Below are positions 1-8,911 of a stretch of DNA of 64,000 bases, piece after piece. Origin of the DNA: Flavobacteriales bacterium (GTDB lineage: Bacteria > Bacteroidota > Bacteroidia > UBA10329); contig JBIKWM010000008.1 of NCBI GenBank assembly GCA_044356305.1, positions 33,947-97,946 on the forward strand, read 5' to 3'. The notes beneath the pieces are model-generated. The model saw only the letters and a program-made list of their open reading frames with translations. It ran no database searches and had not been told where the DNA came from. The number at the start of each line of letters is the position of its first letter. Position 1 is the first letter of the stretch. A program made the translations under genes and the position numbers.

Positions 1-474
1 GATAGAGCGGGCCCATTCCGTCATCGTAATAGACATAGGCGCGCGACCCTTTGCCCGATACCGTCTCCAGCACCCTGCGCCCCAAGGCGTAGTCTATGGT
101 CACTGAACTGTCGAGCGCGGTGCCGCTGTAATGCATCACCGAGCGCAGGCTGTCAGTGGTGTCGTAGGCGAACACTGCCCGTTTCACACCATCCTCGGCA
201 TCCTGGGTTATGCTCAGCAGCCGGCCCGACTGGTACACTTCGGTGGTGGTTCTGGTCACATCGCCCGCTACGGTGCGGTACAGTCTCTCCACGGTGTTCG
301 ATGTGGGATAGCTCACCTCCACCTGCCCGATGGGCTCATCTCCCACACTGATCACCTCGCGGCACAGGCGGCCCCTGAGGTCGGCATCACCTGTACAGGG
401 CATGTGTTCGTCAACACTTTGGCACGCCCCCAGAACGAACAGTACAGACAAGGCAAATAGGCTGCGCGACATGG
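1..474 (-). CDS. hypothetical lipoprotein, 3'-partial (runs off window start)
   Basis: Manual minus-strand translation from ATG at 472-474: MSRSLFALSVLFVLGAC... (lipobox LGAC), open to nt 1 with no stop. It is absent from the ORF track, presumably because there is no stop within the window. The + ORFs 131..460 and 330..563 are its antisense artefacts. Confidence 0.45.
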
Positions 475-559
475 CCCACGAAATTAACCATAGGCTAACC
501 GTCATCGTCCACCTGTCCCTTAACCTGCGATCTACCTTCGTGGGGCAATTCATCGACCA

Positions 560-2236
560 GTGAAAACACTCCTCACCTTGGCCCTGCTGGGTGCTGCATC
601 ATGGGCCGTTCAGGCCCAGACCGTCACACGCGGGCCCTATCTCCAGTTCCCCACCCAGACCAGCATGAAGGTGAAGTGGCGCACCGATGTTGCCACACCA
701 TCGCGCGTTAATTGGGGCCCATCGCTCAGCGGAGTGATGGACAATGCGGTGGAAGACCTTACCCCGACCACCGACCACACCCTCAACATCACGGGTCTGC
801 AGCCCTACACCGAATACCACTATGCCATTGGCGATGGCACCACGGTGCTGGCCGGGGCCGATGCCGACCACCGTTTTCGCACCATGCCCGTGGCAGGCAC
901 CGTGCAGCCGGTCAATGTGTGGGCCATTGGCGATTTCGGCAAGGGCAACACCGAGCAGATGGCCGTGAAGAACGCCTACCTCAACCACGTGGGCGACAAC
1001 ATGCCCGACACATGGATATGGTTGGGCGACAATGCCTATGACGATGGCACCGATGATGAGTTCCAGACCAAGGTGTTCGGCACCGAGTTCGGCTATGCCG
1101 AGATGTTCCGCAGGGTGCCCTTCATGCCCTGCCCCGGCAACCACGACTACAATTCGGTGGCGCCCGTGCTCAGCAACATCAGCCCCACACAGCACTCGGG
1201 GCCGTACTACGACATTGTCGATGTGCCCACCAATGGCGAGTTAGGGGGTGTGCCTTCGGGCCTCGAGGCGTTCTACAGCTACGATATCGGCAACGTGCAC
1301 TTCATGTCGCTCAACTCCGAGATAGGGGCCGTGTTCGGTGGGGCCAACGACTGGACCGGGGTGAGCCCGTTCTCCAGCTTCAGCGGGTCGCCATTCACCA
1401 ATTGGCTGCATGCCGACCTCCAGGCCAACACGCAGCCCTGGGTGGTGGCCTATTTCCATCAGCCCCCGCACACCGATGGCAGCCACGACAGCGATGCCTT
1501 CTGGGAAGTGTATATGCAGGCCATGCGCGAGAACATCATCCCCATCCTCGAAGAGTACGGGGTCGACCTCGTCATCACCGGCCACAGCCACGTATATGAG
1601 CGGTCCATGCTCATTCACGGTCTGTATGACACCCCCGATGCGTTCGATGCCGCACAGCACGTGGTGGACGGCAGCAGCGGCCGCATGGCCGATGGCACCC
1701 CTTACCGCAAATACACCGATGGGCCGCAGCCCAACCGCGGCACCGTGTATGTGGTGCAGGGCAACTCGGGCAGCAAGGACGATGGCGCCCCCTTGCAGCA
1801 CCCCGTCATGTACTTCAGCCACGGATGCGCCACCTGTGTCGGGTCGAGCCACATACGTGTGAACGGTGACACCCTCAACCTGCGCTATCTCACGGCCGAG
1901 GGCACGGTGATGGACGATTTCAGCATCATAAAAGGGGAATATCCTGAAGGGGTGAATGTGCAGCGCGACCCCGTGGCAGCGTTCAGCGTCAGCCCTAACC
2001 CGGTGCGCGGACTGGCCCATATTGACCTGGACCTGAGGCAGGACATTGATGCCACCATCGAACTGATCGACCTCAACGGCCGATTGCTCAAAGGGGTGCA
2101 TAGCGGCAGGTTGAAGGCAGGCCAGCAGCGTCTGCAATTCGATGCCGATGCACTCAACCTCGCCAACGGGGCCTTCCTTGTGCGGTTGATGAGCGATCAG
2201 GTACGCACCGTGTCACGCCTTATCCGTACCCGCTGA
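560..2236 (+). CDS. secreted calcineurin-like metallophosphoesterase (purple-acid-phosphatase-like) with T9SS C-terminal sorting domain
   Basis: GTG start followed by signal peptide MKTLLTLALLGAASWAVQAQ. Phosphoesterase motifs GDFG, GDNAYDDG, GNHDY, HQPPH, GHSHVYER. C-terminal ~90 aa match the Por/T9SS type-A tail (FSVSPNPVRG...FLVRLMSDQ). Confidence 0.85.
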   Translation: MKTLLTLALLGAASWAVQAQTVTRGPYLQFPTQTSMKVKWRTDVATPSRVNWGPSLSGVMDNAVEDLTPTTDHTLNITGLQPYTEYHYAIGDGTTVLAGADADHRFRTMPVAGTVQPVNVWAIGDFGKGNTEQMAVKNAYLNHVGDNMPDTWIWLGDNAYDDGTDDEFQTKVFGTEFGYAEMFRRVPFMPCPGNHDYNSVAPVLSNISPTQHSGPYYDIVDVPTNGELGGVPSGLEAFYSYDIGNVHFMSLNSEIGAVFGGANDWTGVSPFSSFSGSPFTNWLHADLQANTQPWVVAYFHQPPHTDGSHDSDAFWEVYMQAMRENIIPILEEYGVDLVITGHSHVYERSMLIHGLYDTPDAFDAAQHVVDGSSGRMADGTPYRKYTDGPQPNRGTVYVVQGNSGSKDDGAPLQHPVMYFSHGCATCVGSSHIRVNGDTLNLRYLTAEGTVMDDFSIIKGEYPEGVNVQRDPVAAFSVSPNPVRGLAHIDLDLRQDIDATIELIDLNGRLLKGVHSGRLKAGQQRLQFDADALNLANGAFLVRLMSDQVRTVSRLIRTR

Positions 2237-3657
2237 TGCGCGCCCTGCTGCTCTGCTGCCTGCTGCTTCCGCTCGGTGCCCTTGCACAGGGCGAAAGTGT
2301 GCTGCACTTCCGTATCAACGGACCGAAAGACGAGCGCCTCTCGCTCAAGGTGATCAACACCCTGCTTGGCGATACCACCACGCTCGATATCGACCCTGTC
2401 AGACAGGACGAGGTGCGCCTGCCTGTCGGGCCTTTGGCGCCAGTCATCCTCCGCTACAAGGATAAGGATGCGCGTTTCCGCACCTGTGCCGGCTGCGAGG
2501 CCACGGTGGCGTTCGATGCCGAATTCCTCACCGAGACCTTCAAGGTCGAGGGCGGGCCCGAGGTGCAGTTCCTCGCCCGGCTGGACAGCACCTTCGGCAA
2601 CCGCAACATGTTTGTGTGGCTCATGGAGCAGACAGCCGCGGCCACCAATGTGGACGGGCTCGAGATGGACCTGTTCCGCCTGCGCAGGCAGACCATGGAC
2701 CTGTTGGGCAAGAGCGCGGCCAACGATGCGTTCAAGGTCTGGTTCCGCAAGCACGTGAGTGCATACTACCACTACGGCCTGTTGGCCTTTGCAAGCCAGC
2801 GCACCGAGCGCGACAAGCCCGAGAAGGCCATCAGCCTGCCGCCTGTGATGGCCGATGAGATAACGTGGCCCATGGTGCAGGACCGCCAGATGCTCACCGA
2901 CCGTTTCCACACCGCCCTGCTCGTGGAGTATGTGCGCTACAGGGCATTGCAGGAGCGCGACTTCTACCGTTTCAAGACAGCCGAGGAAGAGGTGGACGCG
3001 GTGGTCGATGTGGCACGGGCCAACCTGACCGACAACGAGGTGCTCCGCCATTTCTGGTACCACTACGCGCTCATGAGGCGCGAGTCCCTGCCTGCCTCCG
3101 ACCTGAGGCGACTCATCAAGCTGCATGGCACCGAGGGCTCTGACCTTGAGCAGCGGCTGGCCAGGCTGGTGGGCCCGCGGCTCTACGATGCCGAGCCTGC
3201 AAAGGGCAAGACCGAGGCCGATGCCTCCTACGCAGGGCCCGACATCGCCTTCAACAAGGTGGGGGGCGGCACCTTCAAACTGGCCGACCTCAAGGGCAAG
3301 GTGGTCTACCTCGATGTGTGGGCCAGCTGGTGCGGCCCCTGCCGCAAGGAGTTCCCCTACAGCAAGGAGCTGATGGCCCGTTTCAGCAAAAAGGACCTCA
3401 AAAAGATCGCCTTCGTGTTCATCAGCATCGACAATACCGAGGATGCATGGATGAAGGCCCTCGATCAGTTGCAGCTCGGTGGCACCCACGGGTTCAGCCC
3501 GGGCGGGTGGCAGAGCGAGATATGCAAGAAGTTCGGGGTCAACAGCATTCCGCGCTACATGCTCTTCGGGCCCGATGGCCGCCCCATTGAACTCAACGCC
3601 CCGCGCCCCAGCGACCCCGCCCTATACGACCTGCTCCGCAAGGTGGCAGGGCTCTGA
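2236..3657 (+). CDS. TlpA-like thiol-disulfide oxidoreductase (thioredoxin/redoxin fold) with large N-terminal domain
   Basis: Signal peptide MRALLLCCLLLPLGALAQ. C-terminal WASWCGPCRKEFP (CxxC redoxin motif). TGATG overlap with the upstream stop. Confidence 0.8.
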   Translation: MRALLLCCLLLPLGALAQGESVLHFRINGPKDERLSLKVINTLLGDTTTLDIDPVRQDEVRLPVGPLAPVILRYKDKDARFRTCAGCEATVAFDAEFLTETFKVEGGPEVQFLARLDSTFGNRNMFVWLMEQTAAATNVDGLEMDLFRLRRQTMDLLGKSAANDAFKVWFRKHVSAYYHYGLLAFASQRTERDKPEKAISLPPVMADEITWPMVQDRQMLTDRFHTALLVEYVRYRALQERDFYRFKTAEEEVDAVVDVARANLTDNEVLRHFWYHYALMRRESLPASDLRRLIKLHGTEGSDLEQRLARLVGPRLYDAEPAKGKTEADASYAGPDIAFNKVGGGTFKLADLKGKVVYLDVWASWCGPCRKEFPYSKELMARFSKKDLKKIAFVFISIDNTEDAWMKALDQLQLGGTHGFSPGGWQSEICKKFGVNSIPRYMLFGPDGRPIELNAPRPSDPALYDLLRKVAGL

Positions 3658-3670
3658 GGCCATCCCTCTC

Positions 3671-3735
3671 GTCATCGCGATGGGTCTTCCCTGAACACTC
3701 CGTCCTCTCGTCATGGTGAGGAACGAAGCAATCTC
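3671..3735. repeat. short dispersed intergenic repeat family (GTCATnnnGAG..GAAG..ATC-like), copy 1
   Basis: gtcatcgcgatgggtcttccct ... gtcatggtgaggaacgaagcaatctc. Related units at 4615-4646 and 4766-4830. Confidence 0.35.
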
Positions 3736-3843
3736 ATACTTGTCCTTACCATCCGTGGGTCACTAAGGGCCCTCCGTGAAATACCCTTTGGCATTGACCC
3801 AATGGTTCAATGGATGGAGGACATATAGCGGCAATACTTTGGA

Positions 3844-4161
3844 CTACTCCAATTCAAACTGCTTACCTATCTCCATGCGTCCGTTAATCACCGCCAGGAC
3901 CGTGATACCGTTCGCCCCATCCGGGTCATATATGATGCGGTAGCCCCGATAGACGATCTCCCGTAGCGTGTGCAAGGGCGTTCCGACAAACTCAGGTACT
4001 GCGCGCCCCATGTGGCGGTTGTTCGGAAGGTGCTCTTCCGTTGACTGCACCAGACGCTGTACAAAGCGCCATGCATATACCTCCGAGTCATGCGCAATGA
4101 ACTCATAGATGGCCCGGAGATTGGCCTCCGCCCTGTGCGACCAGATCACACCTTGCGCCAC
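3844..4161 (-). CDS. type II toxin, RelE/ParE family
   Basis: 105 aa, ...IYDPDGANGITVLAVINGRMEIGK typical ParE/RelE fold signature. Overlaps the upstream small ORF by 16 nt. Confidence 0.75.
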   Translation of the reverse strand: MAQGVIWSHRAEANLRAIYEFIAHDSEVYAWRFVQRLVQSTEEHLPNNRHMGRAVPEFVGTPLHTLREIVYRGYRIIYDPDGANGITVLAVINGRMEIGKQFELE

Positions 4162-4340
4162 GCGTTCATCCGCTCCAGAAGTTCCCCTGTGCTGGCCACC
4201 TTGCCCATTTCCGCATCACTCATCCCCTGAAGCACCTGGTCGATAAGGTGCAGCTCGTTCATGATGTCCTCCATCTTGCTCTCAGGGGGCATCTTTTTCA
4301 GAACCTCAATGCTCGTATCTACTAAGGGTGTGGTTGCCAT
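4146..4340 (-). CDS. putative antitoxin partner of the RelE/ParE toxin
   Basis: 64-aa ORF immediately upstream of and overlapping the toxin gene (operon position). Confidence 0.55.
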   Translation of the reverse strand: MATTPLVDTSIEVLKKMPPESKMEDIMNELHLIDQVLQGMSDAEMGKVASTGELLERMNAWRKV

Positions 4341-4614
4341 GGTCTGAGAATTTCAACCGAAGGTAAGTACCTGTATGGATTTAGGAACTTGGGGTAAGTG
4401 ATTCCCCGCAGTCTTACCAATAGACGTATTTATATGAGGGTGATTTAGGGGCAGTTCGCTGGGTGGCCTTGGACATTTCACGTTGCGAAACCGGGGTAAG
4501 GGAGCGTGCGCAGGCCCGAGGAAGCGTTCCGTAGAGTGAGGTCTTCCGAAAGGCCCGGAACGCGCGGAAAGCGACCGTCCCCGAGTTTCGCAGGGAAATG
4601 TCCACTAGCCTGTT

Positions 4615-4646
4615 GTCATCCTGAGCATGTCGAAGGGTTTTGATCC
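4615..4646. repeat. short dispersed intergenic repeat family, copy 2
   Basis: gtcatcctgagcatgtcgaagggttttgatcc. Confidence 0.35.
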
Positions 4647-4765
4647 TGGAGTTTATCCCGCCCTTGCGGGATATCAAGACAAAAGGATGAAAAGGAATAC
4701 TCCGAAGCGAGCATAAGGATAACTGGTACAATTGAGGGCAATCACATGGGGTAATGTTGCGCCCC

Positions 4766-4830
4766 GTCATTGCAAAGGGTCTTCCCTTCAGCGGTCCGCT
4801 CCAGTCCTGCATCGCAAAGGGCAGGTACCC
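4766..4830. repeat. short dispersed intergenic repeat family, copies 3-4
   Basis: gtcattgcaaagggtcttccct and gcatcgcaaagggcaggtaccc. They share the core with copy 1. Confidence 0.35.
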
Positions 4831-4875
4831 ACGCTAAGCCTGCATGGACGCGACCGGTCCTGTCAATATCTCACC

Positions 4876-5328
4876 TCAGTCCTTCACCGTCACGGTGCCG
4901 GCCGTGAAGTCGCGGCCCACGATCAGGCCATACTGCTCGGCTGTGCGGTCCATCAGCACCACGGGCACCTTCTTCCATATCATCTCAGTGCCCTGGTTGA
5001 GGCCCAGCTCCAGCATGGCCGTGTAATACGGCTTGCCGCCTATGGTCACCACGCCTTCGGCACGGCTGTTCACCGTGCGGCCCTCCCCGGCCTTGTTCAC
5101 CAGTTTGAAGGTCATCGGGTTGCCCACGTTCTTCTCCATGCTCGGACCCCCGTTGCTCACCGCTATGCGCTCGGCATGTATCAGGCTGTGCGCCTGTGTG
5201 GTGTCTATGTCGGCATCCCATCGGGTGTTGCTCTCGCGCACCTCCACCTTACGGTGGCGCTCGGTGGTCTGTTGGGCAACGGCATCAACGGCACAGCATA
5301 GCAGCAGGGCGAACATCAGGTGGCGCAT
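4876..5328 (-). CDS. secreted hypothetical protein, possibly retropepsin-like (DUF785-type) domain
   Basis: Signal peptide MRHLMFALLLCCAVDAVAQ. C-terminal ...VVLMDRTAEQYGLIVGRDFTAG resembles DUF785 / putative zinc-protease family endings. The family assignment is tentative. Confidence 0.55.
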   Translation of the reverse strand: MRHLMFALLLCCAVDAVAQQTTERHRKVEVRESNTRWDADIDTTQAHSLIHAERIAVSNGGPSMEKNVGNPMTFKLVNKAGEGRTVNSRAEGVVTIGGKPYYTAMLELGLNQGTEMIWKKVPVVLMDRTAEQYGLIVGRDFTAGTVTVKD

Positions 5329-5594
5329 GGTGGGTGTGTTTAGGTGTCACGAAACTAATGCACGCCCCCTTAGGCCCGCTGCATGCACCCATGCACCAAA
5401 AGGACTGCAACCCACACATACCGGTTCAGGCAACCCTACGTGGGGCACCCGTCTATCAACGTACCACTCTTTCCCTCCGAACCCGCTCAGGCCACTCCCC
5501 CTCGGCCAAGCGGGTTCGGTACTTTCTGGGGGTGCCATGTAGGAGCATCTTCCCCGGCCCTTTGCTCCACAGACGGCCCTGCCGCCCACCCCCC

Positions 5595-6326
5595 TCAGTT
5601 CAGCCCCACCTGCACCGCGCCTGCCAGCTTCTGGCTCAGCAGATCTATCACCTTCAGCCGCTCGCAATACTCCCCGAACACCTCTTGGTGCCCCGCTATC
5701 CGCTCATGCAGCTGGTCGTGCTCGGCTGCCACATCCAGCATGTACTGCAGCATGTCCTTTTGGTGGTCGGCATGTACACTCAGTATGCCCAGCAGGTCCT
5801 GATGCGCCTGGTCAAAGCTCACCGCATCGGTCGCTATGCCATCGGTCTTGCACGCCTTCACTATCAGGTCGTGTATATGCGCGTCCCATTCCTCGCCCTC
5901 GCTGTCCATCCTATCCAAAAAGGCCTTGTGGTCCTCTATCACAGCGCAGTACGCCTCATATTGGTCCGTGAAGCGGTCGTGCTGATCATGTATGGCATCG
6001 TTGGCCGCGTTCACGGCCTCGGCAAAGGCATCGGCCGTGTCCGTTCGGCCCAGTTGCAGGGCGGCCACATAGTCGGTGGCAGCAGTCTGGGCCGCGCGCA
6101 GCACCTCGCGCACCGCTGTGGTCTGTTCGGCCACGGCCTTCAGCTCCTTATCCACCGCCCCGGCCCGTTCCATGGCGGCCTTCACATCCCGCTCCAGAGC
6201 CGCCTCCCGTTCCGCCAGCCCGAACAGCGCATCCGCCAGTTGCTGGTCCAGTTCTGTCCAGGTTGCGTGCTCATTGTAGGTGTAACTCACCTTCCTTCCC
6301 TCATACATCAACTCTTTGGTGGCCAT
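5595..6326 (-). CDS. hypothetical protein (acidic, helical)
   Basis: 243-aa ORF with normal composition. Its antisense ORF 5196..6353 is G/H/V-rich junk. Confidence 0.6.
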   Translation of the reverse strand: MATKELMYEGRKVSYTYNEHATWTELDQQLADALFGLAEREAALERDVKAAMERAGAVDKELKAVAEQTTAVREVLRAAQTAATDYVAALQLGRTDTADAFAEAVNAANDAIHDQHDRFTDQYEAYCAVIEDHKAFLDRMDSEGEEWDAHIHDLIVKACKTDGIATDAVSFDQAHQDLLGILSVHADHQKDMLQYMLDVAAEHDQLHERIAGHQEVFGEYCERLKVIDLLSQKLAGAVQVGLN

Positions 6327-6700
6327 GTCCTTTGGTTTTGCTTACACTGCTGATACAAAACTATAGAAAGGAGCCTGTGCGCGAAAGGATATCGACAGAC
6401 GGCCCGCGCATCACCCCCTTTACGCAACTGATCGTCCTTTTAGGCGCAGAGCTGAAAGGATGGTGGAGCGGTGCGACAGCGAGAAGATTCCCTCCAGCGG
6501 GTTCGGAAGGAGTATGTAAGGAGAGACCCTTCCAAGTATTGATATTTCTTTCCGATGATGCGCTCACCGTAAATAGGTTACGGTGTGGGTGGGGAGGTTT
6601 GCGGGCGTTTTGAAAACCTGTTAGTTCTTTTTCTCAGACTCAATCTTGAGAAAAAACGTGTCCGTAGATTTGTCCGTGTCCGTAAAACAGTCCGCAACAG

Positions 6701-8911
6701 ATGGCAAGCTATAATTTTTACCTCGATAAGGCCGATAAGAAGGGCTATTCGCCTATCCACCTACGGATCAATTGCGATGGAGAGCAAGTGAAGATTGCCA
6801 CCAAAGAGAAGGTGAACCCGGAAGACTTTGACAAGAAGAAACAAAGGGTCAGAACTGGCAGAGACCGTGCTGAGGCTATCAACCATTATTTGGAACAACT
6901 CCAACAATCGGCAGAGGAGGTGTTCTCAAAGTCAAGCAAAGGAAGAGTGACCTTTGATGAAGTTAAGAAACGGCTGACTGATGTAGTCGATTCCTATAGG
7001 TCTTACAGCAATGTGTCGATGGTAAAGGAGCAATTAGGGCTCTACCGAACTTCTTTCACATTCATAGATCTTTTTGCCGGTGCTGGGGGATTCAGCGAGG
7101 GCTTCCTTCAAGCTGAATACAACAACAAGGTTTTTGATTTCATTGCCGCCAGCGATATCAATGAGAACTGCGAACTGACCCATGAGGTGCGTTACAATCA
7201 TCAGCTCGGGTTAGATATGAAGTTTCTGCGGCAGGATATTACAGCACCTGATTTCCTCGATAATCTACTTGCTGCCGTTGGAAAGAGAAAGATTGATGTG
7301 GTTTGTGGAGGCCCTCCTTGTCAGAGCTTCAGTTTGGCAGGTAAGAGGCGGAAGTACGATAAGAAGGATGACCTGTTCGCGCATTACTTAGAGGTGATCC
7401 GTGCCCTGCGCCCCAAGTATTTTGTGATGGAGAATGTAAAGGGGATATTGACTAAGGAACAGGGTAAGATCGCTGAAGAGATCCTCAAGGAAATGCAGTC
7501 AATCATTGATCTTGAGGGGTTGCCAAAGCTGACTGCATTTATAAGGGTAATCAAGGGGAGGGCGTCAGAAAGGGATATATTGTTGGATAGCATTGCCAAT
7601 CGGCTTAAGCAGGAAGGCCTCAAGGATCAAGAACTAGAAAAAGCGAGGGAAGAGTACATTGGTGTCCTTGATACTTTCTTCAAACAGCTCACCCCGTTGA
7701 TCGCTGACTACAAGACGAGCAAGACCGATGGTAGGATAAGCACAATAAGGCATGGGCTCAACCTTTTACAGCGTAGGACACGCCTCATGCGACTGCGTCA
7801 GGAAGTGATCAAGGAGAAGGACCTGAATTATCTGGATAACGATGCATTTGAGGCTGATTTCAATGCATTCATCCATGCTTTGGAACCCGAGACAATCGTA
7901 GAAAGGATATCATCGGCTTTCGATGCCCTTGTTGTTCCAAAGGCCCATCAGGCCGCGATAGATGGTTTCAAAGAGGCGCTAAGAATTTACACCGCCACAT
8001 TTGATGATTGCATTGAGCGGTTGCGTGCCCTTTGTAATAGTCAAGAGAAAGAAAAGCTCGAGATTATTTTGGAGGAAATCAAGCTGTACCGGATCAATTC
8101 ACCACTTGTTGTCAACTCGTCTGATTATGGTGTGCCTCAGAACAGGGAGCGGGTTCTGTTCATAGGATGCAGAAAGGATCAGAAACTTATCGGCTCGGTG
8201 CCCGCTACGGTCGGGCCCAATGAGAAAGTGTCGGTATTCGAGGCACTTTATGACCTTGATTTTCTTGGCAATAATGAAACCGCCACCCATTACCGGGAAA
8301 TTGACCTCAAGGCCCGATACAATGGATCAACAGCCCGCATGTTGGGATTGATCAAGAAACGCTCTGTGGATGGTGTGCCACAAGATCAGGAAGGCATGAC
8401 CTACGCTCAATGGAGCAGAGAAGGAAGATTACTGTCAGATTATGAGGTCAGGAAACCCGTGTATGTTCGAAATGATGAGGATCTTAAGAAAGGGCGGTTC
8501 GTTCACGAGCCCCTGCCTAATCATCAGACCAGTAACCAGAGCGATAAAGTCGTTCAGCGATTAGAGATTATCCGGAAATCCGGAGATTATAAGCTTGCGC
8601 AATCTGCCCTGTCAGAGGTAGGGCTCAGTTCAGAAAAACGCAACTACTCAGTGCTGCACCCTGAGAAGCAGAGCCCCACTGTGATGACCATTGCCGATGA
8701 CTATGTGCACTACCGGGTGCCCCGTGCCCTGACCGTGCGAGAAATGGCCAGACTACAATCGTTCGATGATTCGTTCGTATTTCAAGGTAAGCGATCCACA
8801 GGCGGCAATGGCCGGAAGTTTGAAATCCCTCAGTTCACGCTTGTGGGGAATGCAGTGCCGCCATTGATGGCGAGAGCAGTGGCGATGGAGATTTTGAGGA
8901 ATATCCGTTAA
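6701..8911 (+). CDS. DNA (cytosine-5)-methyltransferase, Type II R-M; N-terminal 106 aa resemble an integrase arm-type DNA-binding domain
   Basis: Motif I FIDLFAGAGGFSEGF, motif IV GGPPCQSFSLAGKRR, motif VI ENVKG, motif VIII QNRERVLFIGC, motif X GNAVPPLMARAVAMEI. Alternative internal start ATG at 7019 (MVKEQLGLYRTSFTFIDLF...). The region is AT-richer than the flanks. Confidence 0.9.
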   Translation: MASYNFYLDKADKKGYSPIHLRINCDGEQVKIATKEKVNPEDFDKKKQRVRTGRDRAEAINHYLEQLQQSAEEVFSKSSKGRVTFDEVKKRLTDVVDSYRSYSNVSMVKEQLGLYRTSFTFIDLFAGAGGFSEGFLQAEYNNKVFDFIAASDINENCELTHEVRYNHQLGLDMKFLRQDITAPDFLDNLLAAVGKRKIDVVCGGPPCQSFSLAGKRRKYDKKDDLFAHYLEVIRALRPKYFVMENVKGILTKEQGKIAEEILKEMQSIIDLEGLPKLTAFIRVIKGRASERDILLDSIANRLKQEGLKDQELEKAREEYIGVLDTFFKQLTPLIADYKTSKTDGRISTIRHGLNLLQRRTRLMRLRQEVIKEKDLNYLDNDAFEADFNAFIHALEPETIVERISSAFDALVVPKAHQAAIDGFKEALRIYTATFDDCIERLRALCNSQEKEKLEIILEEIKLYRINSPLVVNSSDYGVPQNRERVLFIGCRKDQKLIGSVPATVGPNEKVSVFEALYDLDFLGNNETATHYREIDLKARYNGSTARMLGLIKKRSVDGVPQDQEGMTYAQWSREGRLLSDYEVRKPVYVRNDEDLKKGRFVHEPLPNHQTSNQSDKVVQRLEIIRKSGDYKLAQSALSEVGLSSEKRNYSVLHPEKQSPTVMTIADDYVHYRVPRALTVREMARLQSFDDSFVFQGKRSTGGNGRKFEIPQFTLVGNAVPPLMARAVAMEILRNIR

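Noticed and set aside
131-563. Two + strand ORFs (131..460, 330..563)
   Set aside because: Antisense of the partial lipoprotein gene on the minus strand.
4414-4812. 132-aa minus-strand ORF in the 4341-4875 spacer
   Set aside because: Runs through the dispersed repeat units, has odd composition, and has no start context. It is more likely non-coding.
5196-6353. 385-aa + ORF
   Set aside because: Antisense of gene 5595..6326 and spans an intergenic region. It is an H/L/G-rich artefact.
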